A DNA stretch of 64,000 nucleotides from positions 19,346,001 to 19,410,000 of the forward strand of contig CM052817.1 in the NCBI GenBank assembly GCA_028534125.1, written 5' to 3'. Origin of the DNA: Lama glama. Lineage: Eukaryota. Positions 40,443 through 52,267 of the stretch are shown piece after piece. Every line of letters begins with the position of its first letter. Position 1 is the stretch's first letter. The notes below the pieces were generated by a model. That model was not told where the DNA came from. It worked only from the letters and a program-made list of their open reading frames with translations, and made no database searches. The position numbers and the translations under genes are program-made.

Positions 40443-41089
40443 GTTATTTTCAAAAAAAAAAGGAAGAAATCTTAGTCCTGTTTTGTTTTGGTAGTCTAGC
40501 ATTATTTGATTCAATACAGTTTCATGAGTTCCTACCAGGTATGAATAGTCTTCTAAATTGTAAGGAACAAAGATGGTAAAGAATATACTTAATTTTCAGT
40601 AGCTCAAATCTAAAGAGTGAGAAAAAAATAACTAATGGTTTTTAATGATCAGACTATAATGGAGCATACGAAAAAGATTTAAATAATTTTCTTTAGAGTG
40701 TCTATGCTTACTGAGGAAAGGATGGTGATAATTATGACCGGTGGGATCTGGGAAACCTTCTTAGAGGAGGTAGACTAAGTGGAAGCTACTTAGGAGTGTG
40801 GAGAACTAGGGGTGGGGTCACGGCATCTTTGGAGGAAGTAATCTCTGAATGTCAAGGTGATAGTGCTGAGGATCATTGAAATATTTTTTGAACATACTGG
40901 TGGCATCAGAAATTTTGTTTTTTCATAAAATCATGCTCATGACAGTGCTTAGACCCTGCTAGAGTGGATATGCTGGAAAAAATCGTCCTGATTCACAAAC
41001 TCCTTCACATCTGCTAGCTCCTCCTTTCATTATTTTCTTTAACTGTGTGTACTTACAATTCATTCATTTATTCATCAGATTGAGGGGTT

Positions 41090-41495
41090 TTTGTTGCAAG
41101 TTATCACAACCATAGATTTAAATATTCTAGAGGGACTTTTGGGGCTTATATCACTAAAACAGTCAGAAGTAGGGGAAGCTTCAGGCTATGTTTAATCTCA
41201 TTGCTCAAATCATACTAATTTTTATTTTTCCCCTTAGCTCATTCTGCTTCATGTGGATCCTAATCTCATAGAACTTTCTCTTCGTGGTCACAAATTGTTT
41301 TCTAAGGTCTGGGCTCTAGATAGTTCCACATTCAATGGGTGTTTCTATATTCATATTCCATCAATAGACTCTCATTGCCCCAACCATCCAAAAGAAAAAA
41401 AAAAAAGACACTCTCCAATCTTTGTTCAGATTAGATCAATTTAGATCAGGTGCTCTTCCCAGAACCAATTCCTGGGGTTAGAAACATGACATTAA
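41090..41495 (-). mobile_element. Old MaLR LTR (MLT1J/K/L-like)
   Basis: gttgcaag...gcttcaggctatgtttaatc...gatcaggtgctcttcccagaaccaat. Confidence 0.5.
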
Positions 41496-41496
41496 A

Positions 41497-41698
41497 CCAC
41501 GATTTTCAGCATCCATTACTACTGACATTTTGGCCAGATAATTCTTTAATGGGGAAAAAAATTGTCTTCTGTATTGGAGATGTGTGGTAACATCCCTAAC
41601 CTCTACCCATTAGATGCCATGCTATTAACTCCCCTCACAAAAAAAGTCCCCAAATATTGCTGAAGGCCCTCTGGAGAGCTCCTGGTTGAGAACCACTA
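41497..41698. mobile_element. MER20 hAT MITE
   Basis: ctactgacattttggccagataattcttt...catccctaacctctacccattagatgcca...ctggttgagaaccact. Confidence 0.85.
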
Positions 41699-42129
41699 AT
41701 TAGGCTGATGCAGTTAAGTCTGAACTCTAAGCCAGGAGTAGAGAGGGATTCCCCTGAAGCCAGGTCCTGAGAAAATAATGGTGTAGAAAGACTGTGCTTT
41801 TTATTTGAGGATAATTAAGAGAAAGGGAGAAAGATGCTAGTAGCCAAAAAGACAAAGTATATGCTAAAAATACATTTTCTCATTCATTCATTGAACATAA
41901 ATGAATTACAAACTTGATACGTGATACATATGTGATAATATGATAGGAAAAGTGAAGAGTGAGTTAAGTCTGGCGTCTACACCTAACAGCACAAAAGTCT
42001 ACAATCACAGTCTACATTCCAAGTTACAGACCTTTCGGAATTAAAACACACACACACACAAACATCTGTCTCTATAGCTTTCTGAGTATAACTCTTATAT
42101 TTTTTTAATCAATGATTTACTTCTCTGTT

Positions 42130-42245
42130 TTACCCCTAAATACACAGTGATCTCCTTGAGAGCCGATTATTATTTATCCCTGCTACATATCACCAGTGCC
42201 TAGAACAAAGTAGCCTCTCATTAAATGTTTTATGAATGAAGGAAG
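42130..42245 (+). mobile_element. L2 LINE 3' tail
   Basis: ctccttgagagc...ccagtgcctagaaca...ctcattaaatgttttatgaatgaa. Confidence 0.7.
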
Positions 42246-43198
42246 CTCTTTTTATGCAACAATTACCATTCTCATTAATGCCAAGGATTCTTGATATAGA
42301 ATCTCTATATCTTAATAATCACTGCTTTGTTGTAAAATCCCATGATTAATAGTAACATATCCTATCTTGTATTCTTATTTACAGTTTGATTATACGTAAG
42401 CAGTGATAAAATATGGAGGAGAAGGAATTATGAGCTCCCATACAGCTGCCATAACCTGATCTAACAGCTAATACACCAAAGCTTCATCTGACAGGGACAT
42501 AGTTTATATTCGCCAACTACCATGGCTTTTATATCACTTGTGCATATTAAGACCTGCTTTGGGGTATTTTTTTTTTCCTAGCTGTAACTTACTAGTCTCT
42601 AAAATAATGTATCACATAGATGCTATAAATTTTCTATTGGGAGATGTATTAATTGATAATAGCAGATGGTAGATAAGAATGAAAGAGTACTAGGGCATTT
42701 GGTAATATACAAAGAGGATTAACTAAAGCAGAAAAAGTAGTGTTTTATTCCAAGAATATCAGGTGGAATTGGAGAGAAGCTGCACACCTTGGATGCAAAC
42801 AACTAACAATTCAAAGCCTTGGTCCCAATGAGGATAATGTAGACCCTGTTCCTATACCTGAAGATTTGGTCTAGCCCTTACCTAACAAAGCTACCAGTAT
42901 TCAATAAACAGAATCTGTAAGTTATAAAAATGAACATTGGTCCCTGATAACACAGTCTAAACCCTCCCTGCATGTGCCTGTCTTGTTCCTTTTCTGGGTT
43001 ATTTGACTCTGAATCTCTTATTTTCTGATTTAGGCTCCATGCTTGTCCTTTAGACCTGAGAGCAAGTCTTTTTTTTACAGCATCATCATCTTTGTTACCA
43101 TGTATTAAGTGATAGGTGCTAATTAAGATGCTAAATTCATTACTTAGGATTTGTACTGTGAGTCCTCACAACCTTTTGAGATTGTTACTTTCCCCTCA

Positions 43199-43773
43199 GA
43201 GGGGAGGCAAACTCTTAGGTGGCACCCAAGATTTCCTGTTCCTTGTGCAGATGCCCTGCCAATGCCTGGGGCTGTGAATAGGAGGCATGTTATTTCCGTG
43301 ATCAGATTATGTTATGTTGCATTTATGTGACTTTAAGAGAGGGATTATCCAAACGTGCCTAATTTAATCATATGACCCCTTTGTTTCTCACTGGTCAAAA
43401 AGAAATCAGAAATACCTGCTCTGGCTGGCTTGGAGGAAAGCAAATGCCCATGTTGGGAGCTTCCCAGGAAAGGGACAGCTTCTAAGAGCTGAGAATAAAA
43501 CCCATATGTTGGCTCTAGGGGAAGAGAGGATCCCAGTCCTCTAATGGCAAGGAGATGATATCTGCCCCATTGCAAAAATAAGCTTAGAAGCAGATTTTTT
43601 TCCCCCTGTGAACCTCTACATGAAAAAACAGCCTGGCTGATTTCAGTCTTAAGCAGAAAGATAAGCCATCCTATTCTGGACTTCTGATCTAATGAACTAT
43701 GGGCTGACAAATGGATTTTTCTTTAGCCATTCAATGTACGGTATTTTGCTCCTCAGCAATGGTCAACTAATAC
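43199..43773 (+). mobile_element. MaLR solo LTR (MLT1E-like)
   Basis: ggtggcacccaagatt...gtgatcagattatgttat...gggattatcc...cctaatttaatca...gctggcttggaggaaagcaaatgcccatgttg...caactaatac. Confidence 0.8.
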
Positions 43774-43869
43774 TTCTCATATGTATTTCACTTAGCTATC
43801 AACTAGGTAAGAAATGTAGGGGTTCATAAGGGCTATTAGATAAGAGTGGAAGCTTCACAAAGGGTTTTC

Positions 43870-44065
43870 CTGGCCTTGAATTCTAACTCTGTTGTGTCTA
43901 GCAATGTGACTTTGAGGAAACTGTTTAATCACCACAAAACCTCAATTCCTCATTTGAAAGTGTAGTTGATGGCAAGATATACCTCGTAGAACTTTAAAAG
44001 ATTAAAACAGATGAAGGAGATAAAGCTTCTCATCTGGTGTGAGGCGCATGTAAATGTTCATATAC
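43870..44065 (+). mobile_element. MIR SINE
   Basis: ctagcaatgtgactttgagg...tttaatc...cctcaattcctcatttgaaag. Confidence 0.7.
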
Positions 44066-45979
44066 TGGCCGACATGTTTACCACAAGGTCATCCATCAAA
44101 CCTCCAGGGCTTGGAGAAATGAGAAATTTAGCCAAGGTTGCAGACCTACTAAATTGCGAATCACCTTTCCCTCAAACCTGTATGGCTTTCCAATCTCTGT
44201 ACTTACCCCTGTTGAATTAATTCACACCCCTTGGAATAGATTCTGGCATGTTTGTCCTCAGGCTGTGTGGGCTTCTCCCACCCGTGTTAACTAACCTCTC
44301 CAGTTGTGGAGAAGACATCTCACAAATCTAGAGGAGATCTAGATTTAAAAAAAAAAAGAACATTAAAAATGTAGATCTTTTCAGTAATATCTCATGTCTT
44401 TAGAATTCTAGATCTCTGATACAGCAAATGGTCCTTTGAAACAGCCTCCATCGAAGTACGCGATGGAGAGTTTCTGTTTTCTACATTTTTCTGCTGGGGC
44501 TCTGAGGAAAAGTGCTGTTATCTGTTCCTGACCTTTTCTCTTTCTCTCACTGGCTAACCTTCACCTGCCTTCAGGAAGCATTAGCAATTAGAACCTGACC
44601 CCCAGGTATAATAGCGCCTGCCTACAGCGGGACACGGGGTGCCTAACAGACCAGCTTTTGGTGTACAGATCCCTAAGGAGTATTTGCAGTCCTGTAACCA
44701 GTCCCGATCTGTAGTAATTCAGGTGAAATCATCTATCTACTCATCTGAAACCATCTAAAAACCTTTTCCACAGTAAATGAAGCCCTAGAGGGGTGGTGGA
44801 ATGTTATTTGAAAAGAACATTACTAAAGAATTCAAGGTTTTACAATTTCATAAACCAAAAAGAGTAACTCTAAAGCAGAAATTTGGCCTCCACCGGCAGA
44901 TTTTCTCCCCAGCTTCAAGACTGTGCATTGACGAAAATGTGGACAAATTGATTGGGTTAGAAAGATAATCGTCTGCTACAAAAGTAATTGAAAAAGTTAA
45001 CGAATTTACAGTGCTCTAGTGGAGGAGAAATAGCTGCAGGCTACGAAAACTGGCTTCTGCCAGTTCTATTTCACACAAATAATTATTTCAAGAGACAAAT
45101 GAAGTCTTATTTATTGGCAGTAGGACATGGATCCTTGGTGATCACCAGTGAAAAAGGAAACTGTGAAATTAATTTATACTAAGCAAAACAGCACTCAATG
45201 CATCAAAGCTGCCCTCTGAACTTCAGTTGGCATTTGGGCAATTATTATCGCCTCAGGTCATTTGAACACTGCAGCCAGTGCTCCGTCAGGTTTCACGACA
45301 GTCTTCCAATTGCATGCTTCATTTTTACCATGCGTTGATCTATAACATATGACAAGAGTTATTACCTGTGATGTGTAATGATGAGACTATCAGCTGAGAA
45401 GAAAATGCTTAAAAGTTATTTAATCTCATATCAGTATTATCACTCAAATGAATTTATCTTATGCCTTAAGAAGAAAATCAGTCACGAGGAGCTTTGAATT
45501 ATTTATTGCTGTTTGTTCTGGAGGTTCTTAGAAAAGAGTAAAGGGGGACAAAAAAATCACTCTAAAACTAACCTAAGCATGCAAACCATGCCTTCACAGA
45601 TATGAGGGAAAAAGTGTAAAATGTCAAGTTGTCCTAGCCTAAAGACACAAATGTATTTTCCTTTTCTCATCATGTTTTCTTTTAGAATTGTACGCAGTAG
45701 TATATAGAAATCACTGTATAAATATTTTGAAAGTGATTCTGGGGTAGTGGTGAAGGAAAGTCTTGATTTATAATATTTGTTCACTGCTTTGGTGTGAATA
45801 TCCCCCACCAAGGACAGTTGCAAGTTACCAACATGATATCATGGAAGGAAGAGTTGGGAAAAGATGCTCACAGTCAGCTTATCTGAGCCCTTAGGAACTG
45901 GCCTCAACATACCATTGGTTGTGTCCTTCTGTTATCTTAAGAGCTTCAGAGAAAATGTCCTGAGAAAAATGACTCAAAC

Positions 45980-46150
45980 ATCCCCTACCCCCGTGCATTG
46001 TGCTTTAATCTATCATACATTGTCATTATTTTTGTTTACTAGTCTGCATTTCTCACTAGAATGAAAGGCTTTCTTCTATGATATTCATAACCATAGTAGC
46101 TAGCAGAATCCTTAGACATAATAAATACTCAATAAACATTGTTAAAAGAA
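45980..46150 (+). mobile_element. L2 LINE 3' tail
   Basis: tctcactagaatgaaag...catagtagctagcagaatcc...atactcaataaacattgtt. Confidence 0.65.
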
Positions 46151-47066
46151 CTTCCCTGAATTATCTTATCTTATTGCCTCCCAAGACTCAGACAGGAGCC
46201 AAAATTGAGCTAAATGGAAACATAATTTTGTGGTGCTAAGAGTTGGTCAATACTTTAAAGAAAATCTCAAACCTGATATAGACCTTTCTCTCTTTTAATT
46301 CCCAGACTGCTCTTGTATTTTCTCGGCTATTGAACACAAAACAAGTATTCTCAAAGATATGCAGAAGCATGCCAAATTCAATAATAACATTTTGCATGGC
46401 AGTTAGGATATATTTATCACTTTTCATCTTCCAAACAACACAGAGAGTCAGATATCCTTTCACAAATGACAACAGTTATTTTCCCAAGGTCATGAAGTTA
46501 GTTGACCATGAACCTGAGTGCGGAAGAAAATATGTTCCATAGATAATTTCCTCCTTCTCCCTTTGGCACCATATTTCAATCATTTTATTACTTAACAGAA
46601 AGGTCAACCACACTAAATTCTACTATCAAATTGTCTGCCTTGCACTAAGTGTTGAGAGCATAAGGATAACCTTACACTTCTGTTCTAATTCTTCAGACGT
46701 ACGCCAAGGATAGGCGCATGTGACTAAATAGTGTACACTGTTATTTGTGCTGCAAAAGAGTTATTAACATAGTATTATGACACTAAGAACAGTGGGCGAT
46801 TATTTTTACCTTGTGAATCAGAAGAGGTGTCACAAAGTAATTCTGTTCAGTGATGCACAGAATGAAAGCATCTAGCTTTGAATCTGAGTATGACTTGAAA
46901 TTATTAATGTCATTAAATTGTATCTTCCTATTTTGATTAAGCACTTAAATTCTTCTTTAAAGCTATGCACTAAATATTGTCTGTTCCCTTATTTGTCATG
47001 CCGTGATCTTTGGAGAAGCTGTTTTCTTCCCTTGTCCCAATCCTAATGAAAGTTGTGGCCAAAACT

Positions 47067-47960
47067 AGGCACATGAAAAAATGCTGAATACTGCTAATTA
47101 TCAGACAAATGCAAATCAAAACTATAATGGGGTTCTCACTTCACACCAATCAGAATGGCCATCATTCAAAAATCCACAAACGATAAACGCTGGAGAGGGT
47201 GTGAAGGAAAGGGAACCCTCCTACACTGTTGGTGGGAATGTAGTTCGGTGCAGCCTTTATGGAAAACAGTATGGAGATGCCTCAAAAAACTAAAAATAGA
47301 CTTTCCATATGATCCAGCAATCCCACTCTTGGGCATATATCCAGAGTCAACCTTAATTTAAAAAGATACATGCTCCCTAATGTTCATAACAGCACTATTT
47401 ACAATAGCCAAGACTTGGAAACAACCTAAATGTCCATCAGCAGATGACTGGATAAAGAAGCTGTGGTATATTTATACAATGGAATACTACTCAGCCATAA
47501 AAAGTGATAAAATAATGCCATATGCAGCAACATAGGTGGATTTGGAGATCGTCATTCTAAGTGAAGAAAGCCAGAAAGAGAAAGAAAAACACCATATGAT
47601 ATCACTTATATGTGGAATCTTAAAAAAAAAAAGACAAACAAAATTATTTACAAAACAGAAACAGACTCAGAAAACAAACTTATGGCTACCAGCAGGGGAA
47701 GGGTAGGAAGGGATCAATTGGGAGTTTGAGATTTACAGATACTAACTAATATATATAAAGTAGATATATAATTTTTAAGATATATAACAATTTTATACTG
47801 TATAACACATGCAACTATATTCAATATCTTGTGGTAACTGCAGTGAAAAAGAACATGTGAATATATGTATGTTCATCATCTGACTGAAGCATTATACTGT
47901 ATACCAGAAATTGACACAACGTGATAAACTGACTATACTTCAATAAAAAAATACAACATA
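47067..47960 (+). mobile_element. Young L1 3' end (ORF2 C-terminus plus 3'UTR)
   Basis: ORF 47155-47361 ([18 protein letters not shown]...[13 protein letters not shown]) matches the cysteine-rich C-terminus of L1 ORF2 and ends at a premature stop. The element ends actgactatacttcaataaaaaa. Confidence 0.95.
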
Positions 47961-48720
47961 AATAAATCAATACAGTTATGATGAGTAAAAATATTTTGTT
48001 ATATTTAAAAAATGTTAAGTGGCCAAGAAAAAGATGGTCAATTAATTTATAAAGAACTATATAAATGGAGTCAACATTTTACCATCGATTTGGAAGTACA
48101 AGATGTTTTTGTAATTTTTTTTCCAAAATATTTTCTGTGGCTCTTTGAATTAAATGCTTTCATAATATACATGCATGTGTATTATAAAATATTCTGTGAA
48201 AATCTCACAGAATACTGTCACATGAACACAGCTGTGAAATTTCTTTAAACATTCAGTATTTGTTGAGTACTTTTTTGTGTGCTATGGTGAACCCTTCATC
48301 TCAGGAAATTTTTAGAAGATTGGGATACCTTGTAAAGCCTATAACAAACCTAAAATCGGGCTGAGGGGATCAGTGATGAGCAGTTTTGTGTAGAGTACAC
48401 ATTTCAAAGAGAAGCAGGACATTTAAAACCTGAATACTCTCTTCATTTCTATTTTTCCATTTTTTGAATTGACTTCACTCTGTCTCTCCTCACCAGCTTC
48501 CCCATCTCTTCTCACATAATATTTCTCCCCAACACCCCTCCAGCCCCTGCAAAATGTATTCCTCAACTTTATTGCTTTGATTTTAAAGAATAGGAAGGGG
48601 GAAAAAAACTTTTTCAAAAAGTTTAAGGACTAGCAGTCATCACGTGCTCAGGGCTAGGAGATGGTCCTTAGGACCATCTGCCTGCTCAGTAGCCATTTCT
48701 TTTCCTTCAGTGTGTGGCAT

Positions 48721-49234
48721 TGTGGTGGACTGTCAATCAAAGTGAAAGTCACAGCCAAGAGTGAGAGGGAGTCACCTCACCAAAGCATGACCAGTCGGTC
48801 TGCCTCCCTTGGGAACTGTGGATGCATAGGGTGAGAAGCAATAAGTCACCCCTAGCAAAACCAAATTTGGCTAAGCCATTAACTACTGCCATGGTGAACA
48901 CCATCAGAAGCCCCAGCCGGCTCATTTCTGTTAGACCCCTTACATCAAGGCAACTCACTCTACCCCTCTGATCTTCCCCCTGTGCAAAGAGTTCCACAAT
49001 CAGTCTACATCCCACATTCCGTAAACACCCTCCAGGCAGCTGCCCGGAGCCCAGGTTCTCTCTCCTTTTCCCTCTTCCTTTTACTGCTCGTGGGACTCCT
49101 CACCCCGAGATGCCCTATGCTTGCATATTCCTCAATAATAACCCATTAAATTACGTGTGACCCTGTCACTGGTGTGATGATTTTTGAAACTGACACCTTT
49201 AAAATGGGCAAAGTGGCAGACCCTGGCAGCAGAC
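48721..49234 (+). mobile_element. Probable ERV(L) solo LTR, family not determined
   Basis: Begins tgtggtgg and ends ...gaca, about 510 bp long. GC-richer than its flanks, with a CT-rich R-like segment and attaaa near the 3' end. Confidence 0.5.
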
Positions 49235-49819
49235 AGAGGTAGGACTGTAATAGGAAACTTGAATCTTGAGAAGCATGAAAAAAAAAGCATTGGCATTTAT
49301 TCATCTGGCAGAGATACCCAAGGGCACCCTGAGTAGTCCCAATTACCAGCGCTGCTGGGTTTCTCACTTCTCTGTGCCTGGTTCTTGACCCTCCCATTTG
49401 ATCGTGTGCATTCCCCCAAACATCAGATACATTTTCTTTATAAATAATTAGCTAAAGTTAGATTGACTGTAACCGAAGAATTACAAGTTATTTAATGGAT
49501 TTAATGAGACTAGTCCTTTATCCGGGGGGGAAGAAAAGGAAACAAAAGCAAATCAGAGCTGCTTTTGAATACCCACCCACTCACACTCACACACTTACAA
49601 TCATGCACACAAACGCATACAAACACACACACACACACATCTTAACAGCTAGCCAAGCCAAAAGATATTTCTACTAATCCACAAAGACTCACCCAGTTTT
49701 CTCATTACCTCTGTGGCCACACATATTTTCTACTTTTATTCAAGAGAGAAAGTTTCCCCCTCCTCTTAGCTCCCATGGCTCTGAACACAAGCCTGTATTT
49801 AGACTCTGCTTTAAGGATA

Positions 49820-50030
49820 ATGGTAAAAATAACTGATATTTAATGGTCACCGTGTGACAGCGCTGTTCTAAGAACTTTGTGCTCCTATTTCATCCTCAGA
49901 GCAGGCATTATTATTATCATCCCATTATGCAAATGAGGAAACCAAGTTCAAAGTAACTTGCCCAGGGTTTCACAGCTTGGATGACAAAGACAGAACTTGA
50001 GTCCAATGTCACTCATTTCATCATTACCTT
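49820..50030 (-). mobile_element. MIR SINE
   Basis: attattatcatcccattatgcaaatgaggaaaccaagttcaaagtaacttgcccagggtttcacagct. Confidence 0.85.
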
Positions 50031-51006
50031 ACACTGCATATAGCTTGGATTTTTATACTTTTCTTATGTGACGCCCTCAACCTGTCTACACCAGAACTGG
50101 GGAGTGTGTATTGGACATTATATTTGCCTAGTGCCCAGCAGAGTACTTAGCACATTTTAGGAAATCTGTAAATATCTGTTAAATAATTTTCTTAAAGGAG
50201 TCAAAAGAGATAACTTGAATTTTTCACTTTTCAATCAGCTATTCTGACATAATTTCAACATAGACTAGGTTTCTTTCAATGCAGGTGAAAAATTTAGTTA
50301 GCAATCACCCAAGAAACAGTCTGGAAAAATAAAAATAGGAGCTGCAGTTCTGACAAGACTTCAGTGACTATATTACATCAACCTCTAAATGAAGGGGCTT
50401 AAATATCTGCATGAAAGAGAAAAGGGCAAAGGGATTTGAAGATTATCAGCTGATAATCAGAGACAGGAAAGCTCTAGAGAGGGTATTATTGAAAAATATA
50501 AACCACCAACAAAATACGCCCTAAAATGCGTGTATAAGACAGAGCTAATTGTCCATTTCTATCAGCAACTAAGGAAATGTGATGGTGTGTTTTCAACTCA
50601 ATCCTTCAGACTTTATATATACTTCTGGGGAAGTTGAAGTTCCATTGCTTAATATAGCATGACACTCTGGAGATTTTTCTTAAAAAAAATGAATTGTATC
50701 TCAATGGTAGGAAAAGAATGTTGATGGTAAAATAGACCCTTTATCTTAGAAAAGCAAAATGCCCCTCTAGGTACAACACAGCACCGTGGGCTGCAGGAGA
50801 CAAATGATACGGAGAGGGAGAGACTGAAAAATGTGATAGGCAGGCCTGGCTTTAGGCACTTGGATTGCTAAAGAAGCCCGCGTGTCAGGTAAGCTCCCCA
50901 AGGACCGTTTTAGTCACTCATTTAGCATAACCTGAAGTCGAAGTGTCATGTGTCTCAACAAAATCCCAGCGATGCACCCAGGGAAAAGTGCTCATTTCTC
51001 TCTCAC

Positions 51007-51309
51007 CTGAAGCCATTGAGCCCCGTGAGCTCACACAGGGTCCTCTTAAAGCCAAAAAGAAGTAATGAAGTTAGTAATGGAGGCAATTAACAAGTGATAA
51101 TGTGACTTACATCTGTCACAGTCCAGATATCAGGAACTATTTATATTTAAATATCTAGACACGGATTTGGGTTACTTACCTATGGATAATGAGACTTCAT
51201 GCTTTCCAGCCATTTTCACTCTCCAAATTATGTGCATTCCAGGCTTTCGGGGGGTTGCCGTGTGTTTAGAATGCTGAATATACTTCAGTGTATTGAGGCC
51301 AGCTCATGG
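51007..51309 (-). other. Two candidate spliced exons (51180-51309 and 51007-51044), noncoding or 5'UTR
   Basis: Canonical acceptors, donors GTAAGT and GTGAGA, and TACTAAC at 51070-51076. Based on motifs only. Confidence 0.4.
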
Positions 51310-52148
51310 CTGCAGAGTAAGAAAGGAAGTGGAAACGTTCAGAAAAAGTAAGGTTATTAAATCTACAAAAAAATTCAGTGAAAGTTGGCTTGAAAGGAAA
51401 TAAGGTTTAGATTTGCAAATGTATAGAGAGTGACAATAGGCTAAGTGACCCCCACCTATAACAAGTTGCTCATGTAACTACAGACAGGTCTCTAGGATGG
51501 ATGCTAGTAGGAGTGTAACAGCTCAACAGAGCACCCCCACCACTGCCAGCCCACCAAAAAAAAAAAAAAAAACCCAAAAAAACCCCAATTTTTCTCTTGG
51601 ATACCCACTTTAGGACTCTGTACAGATTTGTCTTTTCTAAGATCACACCCAGATGCTGACCGTCATCCCATAGGCATGTCATAGGACAGATTCTGGCTTC
51701 CTCATGAATACAGTCTTATTCTTTGCAATGTGGACACTGAGTTGTAAGTCAGAAAGTAAAACTTAATGCTGCCTGGTTTCATGTGTGCTTGTGTGTGTGT
51801 GTGCACATGTGTGTGTGTTGCCTTGTTAGTGGTGGTAGTACTCACCTGGCTCAACCTGTAGGGACAAGCCCCCATTGTTCAGCTCAGTCTGACCATAGAT
51901 GAGCAGCAAGGCTCCACCCCCCACCCCATGCTCAGCCATGCCTGTAATACTGCAACCTGAGACGTAAGTATTATTTATGGGAGAAACACCCTTGTGTATT
52001 TCTGTTTTCTACAGATCACTGTAATTTTGAATCTCTGCTGCAAGCATCTTACTTTTCACCTTTAATAAAAACAGTGGTTAGTGGAAGGGGTGGTCAAGAT
52101 AAATAAGCTACCATCCTTTCAAAAGTGGAAGTCAAGTTACTCTCTTTA

Positions 52149-52267
52149 GGGAGGGTATAGCTCAGTGGTAGAGAATGTGCATACATGCACGAGGTCCTGG
52201 GTTCAATTCCCAGTACCTCCATTAAATAAACAAACAAACAAACCTAATTACCACCTTCCCAAAAAAA
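52149..52267 (+). mobile_element. tRNA-Ala-derived SINE (Vic-1 type)
   Basis: gggagggtatagctcagtggtagag...atgcacgaggtcctgggttcaattcccagtacctcc, then AAAC repeats and cctaattacc. Degenerate TSD aagttactctcttta / aagatactcctttta. Confidence 0.92.

Noticed and set aside
43796..43806. 11-nt microexon (cacttag|ctatcaactag|gtaaga)
   Set aside because: Frame-shifting, and its branch motif is just the end of the MLT1 LTR. It shows that such patterns arise by chance, which also tempers the other splice-site findings.
44324..44346. Inverted repeat aaatctaga-N5-tctagattt
   Set aside because: A 9-bp AT-rich stem is expected by chance in 64 kb
50771..50888. Plus-strand exon ending in CAG|GTAAGC
   Set aside because: Good donor, but the acceptor has only a short pyrimidine tract
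51964..52014. Plus-strand gtaagt...ttttctacag intron
   Set aside because: About 50 nt, below the usual minimum mammalian intron size
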